55,495 nt of DNA from a virus (Duplodnaviria > Caudoviricetes). Position 1 is the stretch's first letter, and each line of letters begins with the position of its first letter. The notes under the pieces were generated by a model. That model made no database searches and had not been told where the DNA came from. It was given only the letters and a program-made list of their open reading frames with translations. The position numbers and the translations under genes are program-made. The DNA lies in IMG/VR virus record IMGVR_UViG_3300009071_000002, positions 1 to 55,495 of that record. One strand, written 5' to 3'. Positions 8,324 through 17,084 of this stretch are shown here, one piece after another.

Positions 8324-10406
8324 CATAGAAACAACATATAAAAAAGATGAGGCAGGTAAGCTAGACCTTGATCCTTATACAGGAAACATGTTAGTGTCTG
8401 TGGGGTACAGTGCTGTAGGTTCTGATATAATAGCTCCCTTTACAGAGAAAAAGATTTATCGCCCTGACAGTGAGGGCTACCTCTGTTTTACCCACACAGA
8501 AAAAGAACCGACAGAGGATGGCTTTGCTGTACTGCAGAAAGTTCTGGATAATACGGAAGTTTTAGTGGGCCATAACATTAAGTTTGACTTGAAGTGGCTC
8601 CTTGCTTGTAACTTTACCTATACAGGAAAGCTATACGACACGATGATAGCTGAGTATGTTATACACGGTGGAGATAAAGTTGCTCTGTCTTTGTCTGAGT
8701 CCGCTAAGAGATATGATTTAGATGAGAAACGTACCGATTTAACTGCACAGTACATGAGAGATGGGGTATCTTTTGACTATATACCTTGGGATATTGTAGA
8801 AGAGTATGGCAGGGCTGATGTAGAAGTAACAAAACAATTGTATCTTGCACAGCAAGAGGCAGTAAAAGATGGGCTTGCACCCACTGTAATTTTAATGAAT
8901 GAGATGTGTCAGGTTCTTACCGAGATGGAAAACACAGGTATGAAAGTTGATGTGGATTCTCTCACTAAAATTAGAGAAGAATATAAGAATGAATACAATG
9001 AGTTACATGAATTTCTTGATGGAGAAGTTAAACGTACTATGGGGGATACTCCTATAAATTTAGACAGCCCAGAGGACAGGTCTAAAGTTTTATACAGCAG
9101 AGCAGTGACTGATAAAAAATTCTGGGCGAGTACATTCAATTTAGGATATGAACAGTATGGTAGTACAAAGAGAAAGAAAAGAGTTCGCAAGTTAGGTAAA
9201 GATGATTTTGTTAGGAAGGTAAGAACTTATACAAAAATAGTTCCCCACACAGAGTCCCACCAATGCGGTTCCTGTAAAGGGAGGGGATACTTTAACCCAC
9301 TAAAGAAAGATGGCACAACAGGTAAGGCTAAAAGAATTTGTAAAACTTGTAATTCTGATGGCATAGTATTTAAGTCTACAGGAGAAGTTGGTGGCTTTAA
9401 ACTTGTGCCGAGAGATGCTTATGATGTCAGTACACACGGCTTTAAAACAGACAGACCAACATTAGAGAACTTATCTATGTCTGCCAATGACGAGCAAAAG
9501 AAATTTATCAGTGCCTATATAAAATACAATGCTATAGGTACATACTTGAGAACATTTGTTGATGGTATAGAGAAGGGATTAGATAGTAAAGGTTTTATAC
9601 ACCCTCACTATATGCAATGCGTTACGGCTACAGGAAGACTATCTTCTCGTAATCCAAACTTTCAGAACATGCCAAGAGGTACAACTTTCCCTGTGAGGGC
9701 TTGTGTTGTATCACGATGGGAGGGAGGAAAGATATTGGAGGGAGACTACAGTCAATTAGAATTTAGAGTTGCAGGCTTTCTTGCACAGGACAAACAGGTG
9801 TATGCTGATGTGAGGAAAGGTTTTGATGTGCATAGCTTTTCTGCAGAAGCATTGGGTGTATCTAGACAGGAAGCAAAAGCACACACATTTAAACCACTAT
9901 ACGGAGGTACATATGGAACAGAAAAAGAAGTTGCGTACTACGACCTTTTCAAGGCCAGATATTCAGATGTTGCTAAATGGCACGTCTCTTTACAAAACGA
10001 AGCGATTAAGACGAAAAAGATCACCCTTCCTTCTGGTAGGATTTATCATTTTCCTCATGTTCGTAGGAACTTTCATGGCGGTTCTACACACGCTACCGCC
10101 ATAAAAAACTATCCTGTACAAGGATTTGCTACCGCAGATCTGCTCCCGCTTGCTCTTATAAATTTAAGACAAATTTTGTTTGACAGCGACATGCAGTCTG
10201 TGGTATGTAACACAGTACATGATTCAATTGTCCTTGATGTTTTTCCAAGCGAGGAGAAAAAGGCAATTGAAATTTTAACGGAATCCATGTTGAGTATCAA
10301 GGATGAAGCTATGAAACGATACAATATTGACTATGACATGCCGGTGGGTATTGAATTAAAAGTAGGTAAAGACTGGCTTGACATGGATGAAGTTTTAACA
10401 CTATAA
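8304..10406 (+). CDS. polA: Family A DNA polymerase with 3'-5' exonuclease and inserted DnaJ-type zinc finger
   Basis: Exo motifs LDIET and GHNIKFD; pol motifs TATGRLSS, DYSQLEFR, AKAHTFKPLYG, VHDS; insert CGSCKGRG...CKTCNSDG. Confidence 0.96.
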   Translation: MMITVLDIETTYKKDEAGKLDLDPYTGNMLVSVGYSAVGSDIIAPFTEKKIYRPDSEGYLCFTHTEKEPTEDGFAVLQKVLDNTEVLVGHNIKFDLKWLLACNFTYTGKLYDTMIAEYVIHGGDKVALSLSESAKRYDLDEKRTDLTAQYMRDGVSFDYIPWDIVEEYGRADVEVTKQLYLAQQEAVKDGLAPTVILMNEMCQVLTEMENTGMKVDVDSLTKIREEYKNEYNELHEFLDGEVKRTMGDTPINLDSPEDRSKVLYSRAVTDKKFWASTFNLGYEQYGSTKRKKRVRKLGKDDFVRKVRTYTKIVPHTESHQCGSCKGRGYFNPLKKDGTTGKAKRICKTCNSDGIVFKSTGEVGGFKLVPRDAYDVSTHGFKTDRPTLENLSMSANDEQKKFISAYIKYNAIGTYLRTFVDGIEKGLDSKGFIHPHYMQCVTATGRLSSRNPNFQNMPRGTTFPVRACVVSRWEGGKILEGDYSQLEFRVAGFLAQDKQVYADVRKGFDVHSFSAEALGVSRQEAKAHTFKPLYGGTYGTEKEVAYYDLFKARYSDVAKWHVSLQNEAIKTKKITLPSGRIYHFPHVRRNFHGGSTHATAIKNYPVQGFATADLLPLALINLRQILFDSDMQSVVCNTVHDSIVLDVFPSEEKKAIEILTESMLSIKDEAMKRYNIDYDMPVGIELKVGKDWLDMDEVLTL

Positions 10407-10421
10407 ACCGAAGGAGAAATT

Positions 10422-11279
10422 ATGATGTCAAATGATGTTGTAACGAATACACCAAGTGTAGTGCCGTCACTAAAGAACATGTCAGTGGCAGAAATTGCGG
10501 CATTGACTGGGCAAGAAGTAAGTAGTAATGAAAGTCAGAGCCTTCCTCGCTTTGCCATTAATCATGGTGAAGAAGACAATGAAGGTAGGAGCATTCCTCG
10601 TGGGGAGTTCTCTTTAAAATTACCTGACGGTGTTACTGCCTATGCAAAGGAAGCTCATCTACGAATATTTTTTAGGTTGTTTACCTACAGTAGGTGGGAT
10701 GCAGAGCAGGGAACTTTTGGTAGCCAAACTATACAGGCACCAAATTTAAGTGCTGACTTTTATGATACAGAAGGTGGTATCCGGTGTGGGAGGCTGACCA
10801 AAGATCAAGCCGATGGTTTAGCTAAAGACAGTCCAGAAATGATGTTACACAAAAGTGTGAAGTGTAATCAGATTCTGTACAACACAGTGCAGTTGGTTAA
10901 TCCTGTAGATGCAGACGGTAACAAAGTAGATATGCCTGATGAAGTACCTTCCGTTTGGTATGTTAGAGGCTCTGGTTTTATGCCTGTCAGTGACCATATA
11001 AAAATGATTGACAGACAGAAAAAGATTATGTGTACGTCTGTTAACAAAGTAACTACCTCAAGAAAGAAGATGGGTGGTAATTCTTACTATGTCCCAGTTA
11101 TGTCTACACTTAAATACGTGGACATAAAAGATAGTGATCAAGAATTAATCGCTAAGTTTTTTGAGACCAAAGAAGCCATCAATAATAAAGTGATGGGCCA
11201 GTGGAGAGAACAAAAAGAGAAGAAAGCTAAATTAGGAGACTTGTCCGATTTTGGTGAAGTTCTTAATGCTACAGGATAG
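10422..11279 (+). CDS. Probable single-stranded DNA-binding protein
   Basis: Position after polA, size and strong RBS; function inferred from synteny only. Confidence 0.5.
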   Translation: MMSNDVVTNTPSVVPSLKNMSVAEIAALTGQEVSSNESQSLPRFAINHGEEDNEGRSIPRGEFSLKLPDGVTAYAKEAHLRIFFRLFTYSRWDAEQGTFGSQTIQAPNLSADFYDTEGGIRCGRLTKDQADGLAKDSPEMMLHKSVKCNQILYNTVQLVNPVDADGNKVDMPDEVPSVWYVRGSGFMPVSDHIKMIDRQKKIMCTSVNKVTTSRKKMGGNSYYVPVMSTLKYVDIKDSDQELIAKFFETKEAINNKVMGQWREQKEKKAKLGDLSDFGEVLNATG

Positions 11280-11284
11280 ATAGT

Positions 11285-12190
11285 TTGTCTAATCCTATCT
11301 TAATGAAAGTACAGGGATTACTAGATCGTGCCATGAAAGAAGGTATTGATCTAGACCCTGAACTTTTAGAAAACTTTAAAAATGATTGTGGTGATGCCTT
11401 AGTCAAACAACTGTCTCGTGGTAAAAGTGATTACTCGTTACGGATGAGTGGCTTGGGCAAACCCATGTGCCAACAATGGCATGACAAAAACGAATCACCT
11501 AAAGAGACACAATATAATTCTATCATGCGGTTTTTATTTGGTGACATCATAGAAGCTATAGCTATGGTAGTTTTAAAATCAGCTAACGTAAATATAGAAT
11601 CAGAACAAGAGAGAGTTAATTTAGATTTAGATGTGTGTGAACTTAACGGTACATTAGATGTTGTTATTGATGGCAAAGTGTGGGACATAAAATCTGCATC
11701 CCCGTATGCTTTCTCTAAGAAATTTGGTGGAGAGTTTGGTGGATACAACAAAGTAAAACAAGATGATACCTTTGGGTATTTGATGCAAGGATACCTGTAC
11801 AGCAAAGCAAAGAACATGGACTTTGGTGGGTGGATTGTTGTAGACAAAGCTTCTGGTGAATGGGCAGTATGTGAAGCACCAGATTACCAAGAGGAAGACT
11901 CTGTAGAGCAGTTGGCTAAGGCAAAATCTAATGCAAAAACAATGTTACAAGACAAACCATTAAAGAAAGAATTTAAAGATAAAGAAGAAACATTCCGTGT
12001 ACAGCACGGGAAAAGAAAAGGTGAGATAATTGCTACAGGAAACAGAGTTATGCACACGGTGTGTGGCTATTGTGATTATAAAGCACAGTGTTGGCCTACT
12101 GCACAACTACATAAAAAGGTAGGAACACAGGCAACGCAACGACCTCTTGTTTGGTATACAAAATTAAAGAAGAGAGAAATAGAGGTATGA
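11285..12190 (+). CDS. PD-(D/E)XK (Cas4/RecB-like) exonuclease
   Basis: LRMS.LG..C, G.LD....VWDIKS, Q..LY and C.YC..K..CW motifs. Confidence 0.85.
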   Translation: MSNPILMKVQGLLDRAMKEGIDLDPELLENFKNDCGDALVKQLSRGKSDYSLRMSGLGKPMCQQWHDKNESPKETQYNSIMRFLFGDIIEAIAMVVLKSANVNIESEQERVNLDLDVCELNGTLDVVIDGKVWDIKSASPYAFSKKFGGEFGGYNKVKQDDTFGYLMQGYLYSKAKNMDFGGWIVVDKASGEWAVCEAPDYQEEDSVEQLAKAKSNAKTMLQDKPLKKEFKDKEETFRVQHGKRKGEIIATGNRVMHTVCGYCDYKAQCWPTAQLHKKVGTQATQRPLVWYTKLKKREIEV

Positions 12191-12579
12191 TTTATTTATC
12201 TACAGAAGTAACCATAGGAGATAGCTACATCAACGAAGGTGTATACTTTGGTTACCAAGAGTGTGATAAAACATTTGGTGGTGATAGTATTGTAAAAGAA
12301 CTACGCAACAGACCCAATGGCATACCAATCCGAATGACTAAAACATTTGATCTTGATGAACCTTGGGGTGATGATAGATTTGAAGAACATAAGGAGAAGA
12401 TAGATCATGATTTAGATATATTGGCTGTACAAGCAAAAGCAAGAAACAGTCTAGTAGTATTACACTGGACAGGCATAGAAGAACAACGAGGCATTCTACG
12501 GGAGAATGCACCTAAAACTTTTAAGTACTTTAACGATAAGTTTGAGGATATAATACATAAAAACATGCCGAGGGTATAA
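12187..12579 (+). CDS. Hypothetical protein
   Basis: ORF; ATGA-coupled start at 12187. Confidence 0.7.
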   Translation: MIYLSTEVTIGDSYINEGVYFGYQECDKTFGGDSIVKELRNRPNGIPIRMTKTFDLDEPWGDDRFEEHKEKIDHDLDILAVQAKARNSLVVLHWTGIEEQRGILRENAPKTFKYFNDKFEDIIHKNMPRV

Positions 12580-12950
12580 TGGTACTAAGACATCATGGCT
12601 ACCGATCAGACTTTGAATTGTCTATCGCTGTAGCTTTAAATAGAAAAAATGTAAAATTTCAATATGAATCGGAGAAAATAGATTATGTTAGGCATTCTAC
12701 TTATAATCCTGACTTTGTTATAGAGGGAAAGAACTTCTATATAGAAGCAAAAGGACTTTTTACTACAGCAGATAGGGGTAAACATCTGTTAATTAAAAAA
12801 CAACACCCCGAAATTGATCTAAGATTTTTGTTTATGAGAGCAAGTAATAAACTTTATAAAGGTTCTAAAACTACTTACGCTGGGTGGTGTGAACGCTATG
12901 GTTTTAAATGGTGTGAAGGTTTTTTACCACAGGAATGGTTAGATGAATAA
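12579..12950 (+). CDS. T7 endonuclease I-like Holliday junction resolvase
   Basis: YRS..E, Y.PDF, IEAKG, DR.KHL.IK.QHP..D.RF and KTTYA.W motifs. Confidence 0.92.
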   Translation: MVLRHHGYRSDFELSIAVALNRKNVKFQYESEKIDYVRHSTYNPDFVIEGKNFYIEAKGLFTTADRGKHLLIKKQHPEIDLRFLFMRASNKLYKGSKTTYAGWCERYGFKWCEGFLPQEWLDE

Positions 12951-13296
12951 GGAAGATTTAAACGGTTACAGAAAGAAGCTCCCTTTAGGTATGTATGTTA
13001 TACTGCTTAAACCTGATGGGGAGGATGGTGTTAGTCTTGCTGTAATAGATACACATAATATTGGTGATAATCATGTTGATCTATCATACATTCTTTCTAG
13101 GGGTGTACTGTCTTTACTGGCCAATGATATGGATATGATAAAGGAAAGAGGGCAGAGTGTTATATTGGAGGAGATGAGAAACGAAACGAAACTCCCAATA
13201 ATTGATAGCCTTATGGACAGAACAAAACCTACCGCACGTGTACAGAAAGATAATATTGTGTCTATATTTGGGGAGGATACAGATGATAAGCAGTGA
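12943..13296 (+). CDS. Hypothetical protein
   Basis: ORF coupled to neighbours. Confidence 0.7.
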   Translation: MNKEDLNGYRKKLPLGMYVILLKPDGEDGVSLAVIDTHNIGDNHVDLSYILSRGVLSLLANDMDMIKERGQSVILEEMRNETKLPIIDSLMDRTKPTARVQKDNIVSIFGEDTDDKQ

Positions 13297-13588
13297 TAGT
13301 ATACCAGAAGGACTGGAGTATAAGATGAAAAAAAGACAACAGTATGATTCACATGATGATATGATAAAACAATCTGTAAAAGGAAAAAATAGACAGGTAG
13401 GTGGCAATCACTACATAGATTTTGAGATTATGCCTATAGAATATATTTCTAAAAATAAACTTGACTTCCTAGAGGGAAATATTATAAAGTATATCTCTCG
13501 TCATAAAAAGAAAAACGGGGCAGAAGATATAAAAAAAGTTATACATTACGCAGAATTAATATTAGAATTAGAATATGGAGAAAATTAG
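13283..13588 (+). CDS. DUF3310 (SaV-like) protein
   Basis: QVGG.HY....I.P.EY...F.EGN.IKY..R..K.G.ED..K..HY motif. Confidence 0.85.
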   Translation: MISSDSIPEGLEYKMKKRQQYDSHDDMIKQSVKGKNRQVGGNHYIDFEIMPIEYISKNKLDFLEGNIIKYISRHKKKNGAEDIKKVIHYAELILELEYGEN

Positions 13589-15511
13589 ATGGCATCATTA
13601 TTAGGGGGAAATTATTTACCAACAGAATATCAGGCGTTTATACATATGTCTAGATACTCTCGGTGGCTAGAGAAAGAAGGAAGAAGAGAAAGTTGGGGGG
13701 AAACAGTAGATAGACTTATATCTTTTTTTCGCCAAAACGTAGAAGGAATAGATGAAAAGTCTTGGGAGGACATGGAGGAAGCTGTACTGTCATTATCAGT
13801 TATGCCTTCTATGAGAGCATTGATGACCGCAGGTAAAGCTTTAGAGAGAGAAAACATTGCTGGCTATAACTGTTCGTATATACCGATAGATAGCCCAAGG
13901 GCTTTTGATGAAGTCCTGTACATACTGATGAATGGTACAGGAGTAGGGTTCTCTGTAGAGAGACAGTATGTTGATAAGTTGCCTACTGTGCCAGATGTAG
14001 AGTTTGAACATACAGAGGATGTGGTGTCTGTTGTAGATTCTAAAGAAGGTTGGGCAAAGGGGTTTAGAGATTTAGTATCTTATCTGTATACAGGAAGAGT
14101 TCCTAAAATTAATGTGTCAAAGATACGACCTGCAGGTACAAGACTTAAAACATTTGGTGGTAGAGCCAGTGGTCCACAACCGTTGGTAGACCTATTTGAC
14201 TTTACTGTAGAGAAATTTAAAGGTGCCAGAGGTAGAAAACTCTCCTCTATGGAGTGTCATGATATAGTTTGTAAGACAGGAGAGGTAGTAGTAGTGGGTG
14301 GTGTACGTAGATCAGCCCTCATCTCTTTGTCAAACTTATCCGACCAACGAGTGCGTGCGGCTAAATCTGGTGCTTGGTGGGAAACAAATCCAGAGAGAGC
14401 ACTGGCTAATAACTCTGTTGCTTATACAGAGAAACCAGACGCAGGTATCTTTATGAAAGAATGGCTGTCTTTGTACGAGAGTAAATCTGGTGAGAGGGGT
14501 ATCTTTAGCAGAGCTTCTGCACAGGCAAAGGCTGCTGAGAATGGTAGAAGAGATGCCAGTTGGGATTTTGGTACTAATCCATGTAGTGAAATTATACTAC
14601 GGCCTAATCAATTTTGTAATCTTACAGAGGTCGTGGTACGTGCCGGTGATACGGTGGCTACTCTCAGTAAGAAAATACAGATTGCTACATTGTTAGGCAC
14701 AATACAATCTACCTTTACTAACTTTGGCTACCTAAGAAAAAGATGGCAAGACAATACAGAAGAAGAGAGATTACTCGGTGTATCTCTTACAGGTATTATG
14801 GATAGCACACTGTTAAATGGCAAAGAAGGTGGGTTAGAAAAAAGATTAGAAACTTTAAGGGGTGTTGCTGTAGAGGCTAATAAATATTGGGCAGATAAAT
14901 TTGGTATAAACCAAAGCACAGCTATTACTTGTGTCAAACCTTCTGGTACGGTTAGTCAATTGGTAGACAGTGCCAGCGGTATACATGCAAGACACAACCC
15001 TTATTATATAAGAACAGTACGGGGAGATAATAAAGATCCCCTCACTGAATTTTTAATTAACTCTGGTATACCTAGTGAGCCAGATGTTATGAAACCAGAA
15101 CATACTACAGTATTCTCCTTTCCGATGAAAGCACCTATAGGTTCTGTTTGTAGAAACGATATGTCTGCAATAGAACAGCTTGAGTTATGGAAGATTTATG
15201 CAAAACACTGGTGTGAGCATAAGCCTTCTGTTACCATTTCGGTAAAGGAAAATGAGTGGGTACCTGTTGGTGCGTGGTGTTGGGAAAATTTTGAATACCT
15301 TAGTGGTGTCTCCTTTCTCCCCTTTTCCGATCACACGTATCAGCAGGCTCCCTATCAAGATATAGATGAGAAAGAATACAAGAAACTTGTAAAAAAAATG
15401 CCAGCAACTTTAGACTGGCGTAAATTACAGGACTTTGAAAAAGAAGATAACACAAAGGGGTCACAGGAATTAGCCTGTACTGCCGGAGTGTGTGAGTTAG
15501 TAGACATATAG
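13589..15511 (+). CDS. nrdJ: Class II adenosylcobalamin-dependent ribonucleotide reductase
   Basis: YNCS, GTGVGFS, VVVGGVRRSA, TNPCSEI, TCVKPSGT and C-terminal C.AG.CE; no NrdB partner in the genome. Confidence 0.93.
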   Translation: MASLLGGNYLPTEYQAFIHMSRYSRWLEKEGRRESWGETVDRLISFFRQNVEGIDEKSWEDMEEAVLSLSVMPSMRALMTAGKALERENIAGYNCSYIPIDSPRAFDEVLYILMNGTGVGFSVERQYVDKLPTVPDVEFEHTEDVVSVVDSKEGWAKGFRDLVSYLYTGRVPKINVSKIRPAGTRLKTFGGRASGPQPLVDLFDFTVEKFKGARGRKLSSMECHDIVCKTGEVVVVGGVRRSALISLSNLSDQRVRAAKSGAWWETNPERALANNSVAYTEKPDAGIFMKEWLSLYESKSGERGIFSRASAQAKAAENGRRDASWDFGTNPCSEIILRPNQFCNLTEVVVRAGDTVATLSKKIQIATLLGTIQSTFTNFGYLRKRWQDNTEEERLLGVSLTGIMDSTLLNGKEGGLEKRLETLRGVAVEANKYWADKFGINQSTAITCVKPSGTVSQLVDSASGIHARHNPYYIRTVRGDNKDPLTEFLINSGIPSEPDVMKPEHTTVFSFPMKAPIGSVCRNDMSAIEQLELWKIYAKHWCEHKPSVTISVKENEWVPVGAWCWENFEYLSGVSFLPFSDHTYQQAPYQDIDEKEYKKLVKKMPATLDWRKLQDFEKEDNTKGSQELACTAGVCELVDI

Positions 15512-15663
15512 TGAAGTGTGCTAAACCTATAATAGCTCTAGAGGATGCTGGGTTAATAAGAAAAGTTATAGCTTATTACATAAAGTATGCATCGCCCCCA
15601 GATAAAGAAGTAGAAGAAAAACTTCTAAATCTATTTCACAGATTAGGAAGATTGGAAAAGTAA
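15511..15663 (+). CDS. Hypothetical protein (50 aa, GTG start, not in ORF track)
   Basis: Read by hand; fills the gap between nrdJ and 15665. Confidence 0.55.
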   Translation: MKCAKPIIALEDAGLIRKVIAYYIKYASPPDKEVEEKLLNLFHRLGRLEK

Positions 15664-15664
15664 G

Positions 15665-15883
15665 ATGGCGGAAGCAAGTCTGTTTGAACTATCTGTAAAG
15701 GTAAACTCAGACGGCAAAATTATTACACAAGTAAATTACATAGAAAAAGAAACTTTGATTACTGCCCTAGATGGGTGGAAGAAAGATTACCCTAACACCC
15801 ATGTACTAGGAGCCGTAGTAGAACACTTGAAAAAGATAGGCTCTTCTGTAGAGGAAGATGTAGCTAAACTTTGTAGGTCTTAG
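15665..15883 (+). CDS. Hypothetical protein, last gene of the rightward block
   Basis: ORF; converges on the late block. Confidence 0.7.
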   Translation: MAEASLFELSVKVNSDGKIITQVNYIEKETLITALDGWKKDYPNTHVLGAVVEHLKKIGSSVEEDVAKLCRS

Positions 15884-16830
15884 TAATTGTAGGAGGTTAC
15901 TTTACCACCACCTGCTAGTTTTTTCTTCTTCTTTTTTTTCTTTACAGCTCCACCATATACAAAAGGGCCACCCCCTTGACCTAACTGTCTAAGATCATCG
16001 TCTACAAGCGGAGCAAATTGTTGGGATGCCGTGTAAGCTTTATTTTTATCTTCATCTACACCTCCTAACATGCCGTAGCTGCGGGCATCCTGTGCTCTAG
16101 ATACATTCATTGCAGCTTCTGGTACCATCCCCCTTTGTTGAGGTTTAGCATAGGGGCTGTACTTTAATGGTTGGGGTCTCTCTGGCTGTGCAGGCACCCT
16201 CTGCGGGCTTTCCATATTTGCAAAATCTGGAGCAGCATTAGGGTTTTCACCAAATGGTAACTCAACAGGAGGTCTACGTGAGGCTGTTCTGTTTGGTACT
16301 GTTGGTCCACCAGATCTTCCGGCCTCTGCTCTGCCTCGTTCTAACATGGGGTTGATTGGTGATCCCCCTTGTATAGCTTCAGAATCTACCATATTATCTA
16401 CACCAAAATCATTGGTAGAAATAATGTTATCTCCTGCTAATCCCATATTTCTAGGTTCTATCATGTTTTGTCTCATTGTGTCAAATCTGCTAGGACTTAG
16501 TTTAGCCATTTTTTCTTTAGCAGCATCTCCTGCCATTCCACTTACAGCATTATAATACCCTGTAACTTTTTCGTTAGCTCTTTCTCTTAAAATTTCTTTT
16601 TCATTTTGAGCAATTGCTTTTTTACCTTTTATTACTTTAATATCATCATTTCCACCAATAAAACTTAACAAATCTCTTATACTACCATTGCCAACTTTTA
16701 TCTGTGTTACAGGGGAAGACTCTATTCCTCTATGTGGTGGCATTGGTGTTTTTCTTCTGTTCTTTTTAGGAACGGTACCATCTTTATTTAACTTAATACC
16801 TTTTCCTGTTTCTGCTCCTCTTACTGCCAT
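15880..16830 (-). CDS. Low-complexity late protein with poly-Lys and GG motifs
   Basis: AGGAG RBS; C-terminal YGGAVKKKKKKKKLAGGG. Confidence 0.75.
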   Translation of the reverse strand: MAVRGAETGKGIKLNKDGTVPKKNRRKTPMPPHRGIESSPVTQIKVGNGSIRDLLSFIGGNDDIKVIKGKKAIAQNEKEILRERANEKVTGYYNAVSGMAGDAAKEKMAKLSPSRFDTMRQNMIEPRNMGLAGDNIISTNDFGVDNMVDSEAIQGGSPINPMLERGRAEAGRSGGPTVPNRTASRRPPVELPFGENPNAAPDFANMESPQRVPAQPERPQPLKYSPYAKPQQRGMVPEAAMNVSRAQDARSYGMLGGVDEDKNKAYTASQQFAPLVDDDLRQLGQGGGPFVYGGAVKKKKKKKKLAGGGKVTSYNY

Positions 16831-16832
16831 GC

Positions 16833-17069
16833 TTAACTCCTCACCTTTCTAGGTCCGTTGCTGTACATAATACTTCCACCATATTTCATTTGTCTTTTGT
16901 TAGGGTATTGTTTAACATTTAACGGTGCTACATTGGATAACTCTGTTGCATCTGTCATTGGTGTAGGCATTTCTACTCGGCCTGTTTCTAGTTTTGCTAT
17001 ATCTGGTTTAGCAGACATGTCAGCCCTACCTCCTTCAGCCATATATTTATACATGTGTTTACCCGGCAT
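16833..17069 (-). CDS. Small late protein with two GG motifs
   Basis: AAGGAG RBS; MAEGG and MKYGG. Confidence 0.75.
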   Translation of the reverse strand: MPGKHMYKYMAEGGRADMSAKPDIAKLETGRVEMPTPMTDATELSNVAPLNVKQYPNKRQMKYGGSIMYSNGPRKVRS

Positions 17070-17084
17070 TTTATTCTCCTTATT

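Noticed and set aside
11285-12190. Cas4-like nuclease as evidence for a CRISPR system
   Set aside because: No repeat-spacer array seen anywhere; such nucleases are routine in phage replication modules
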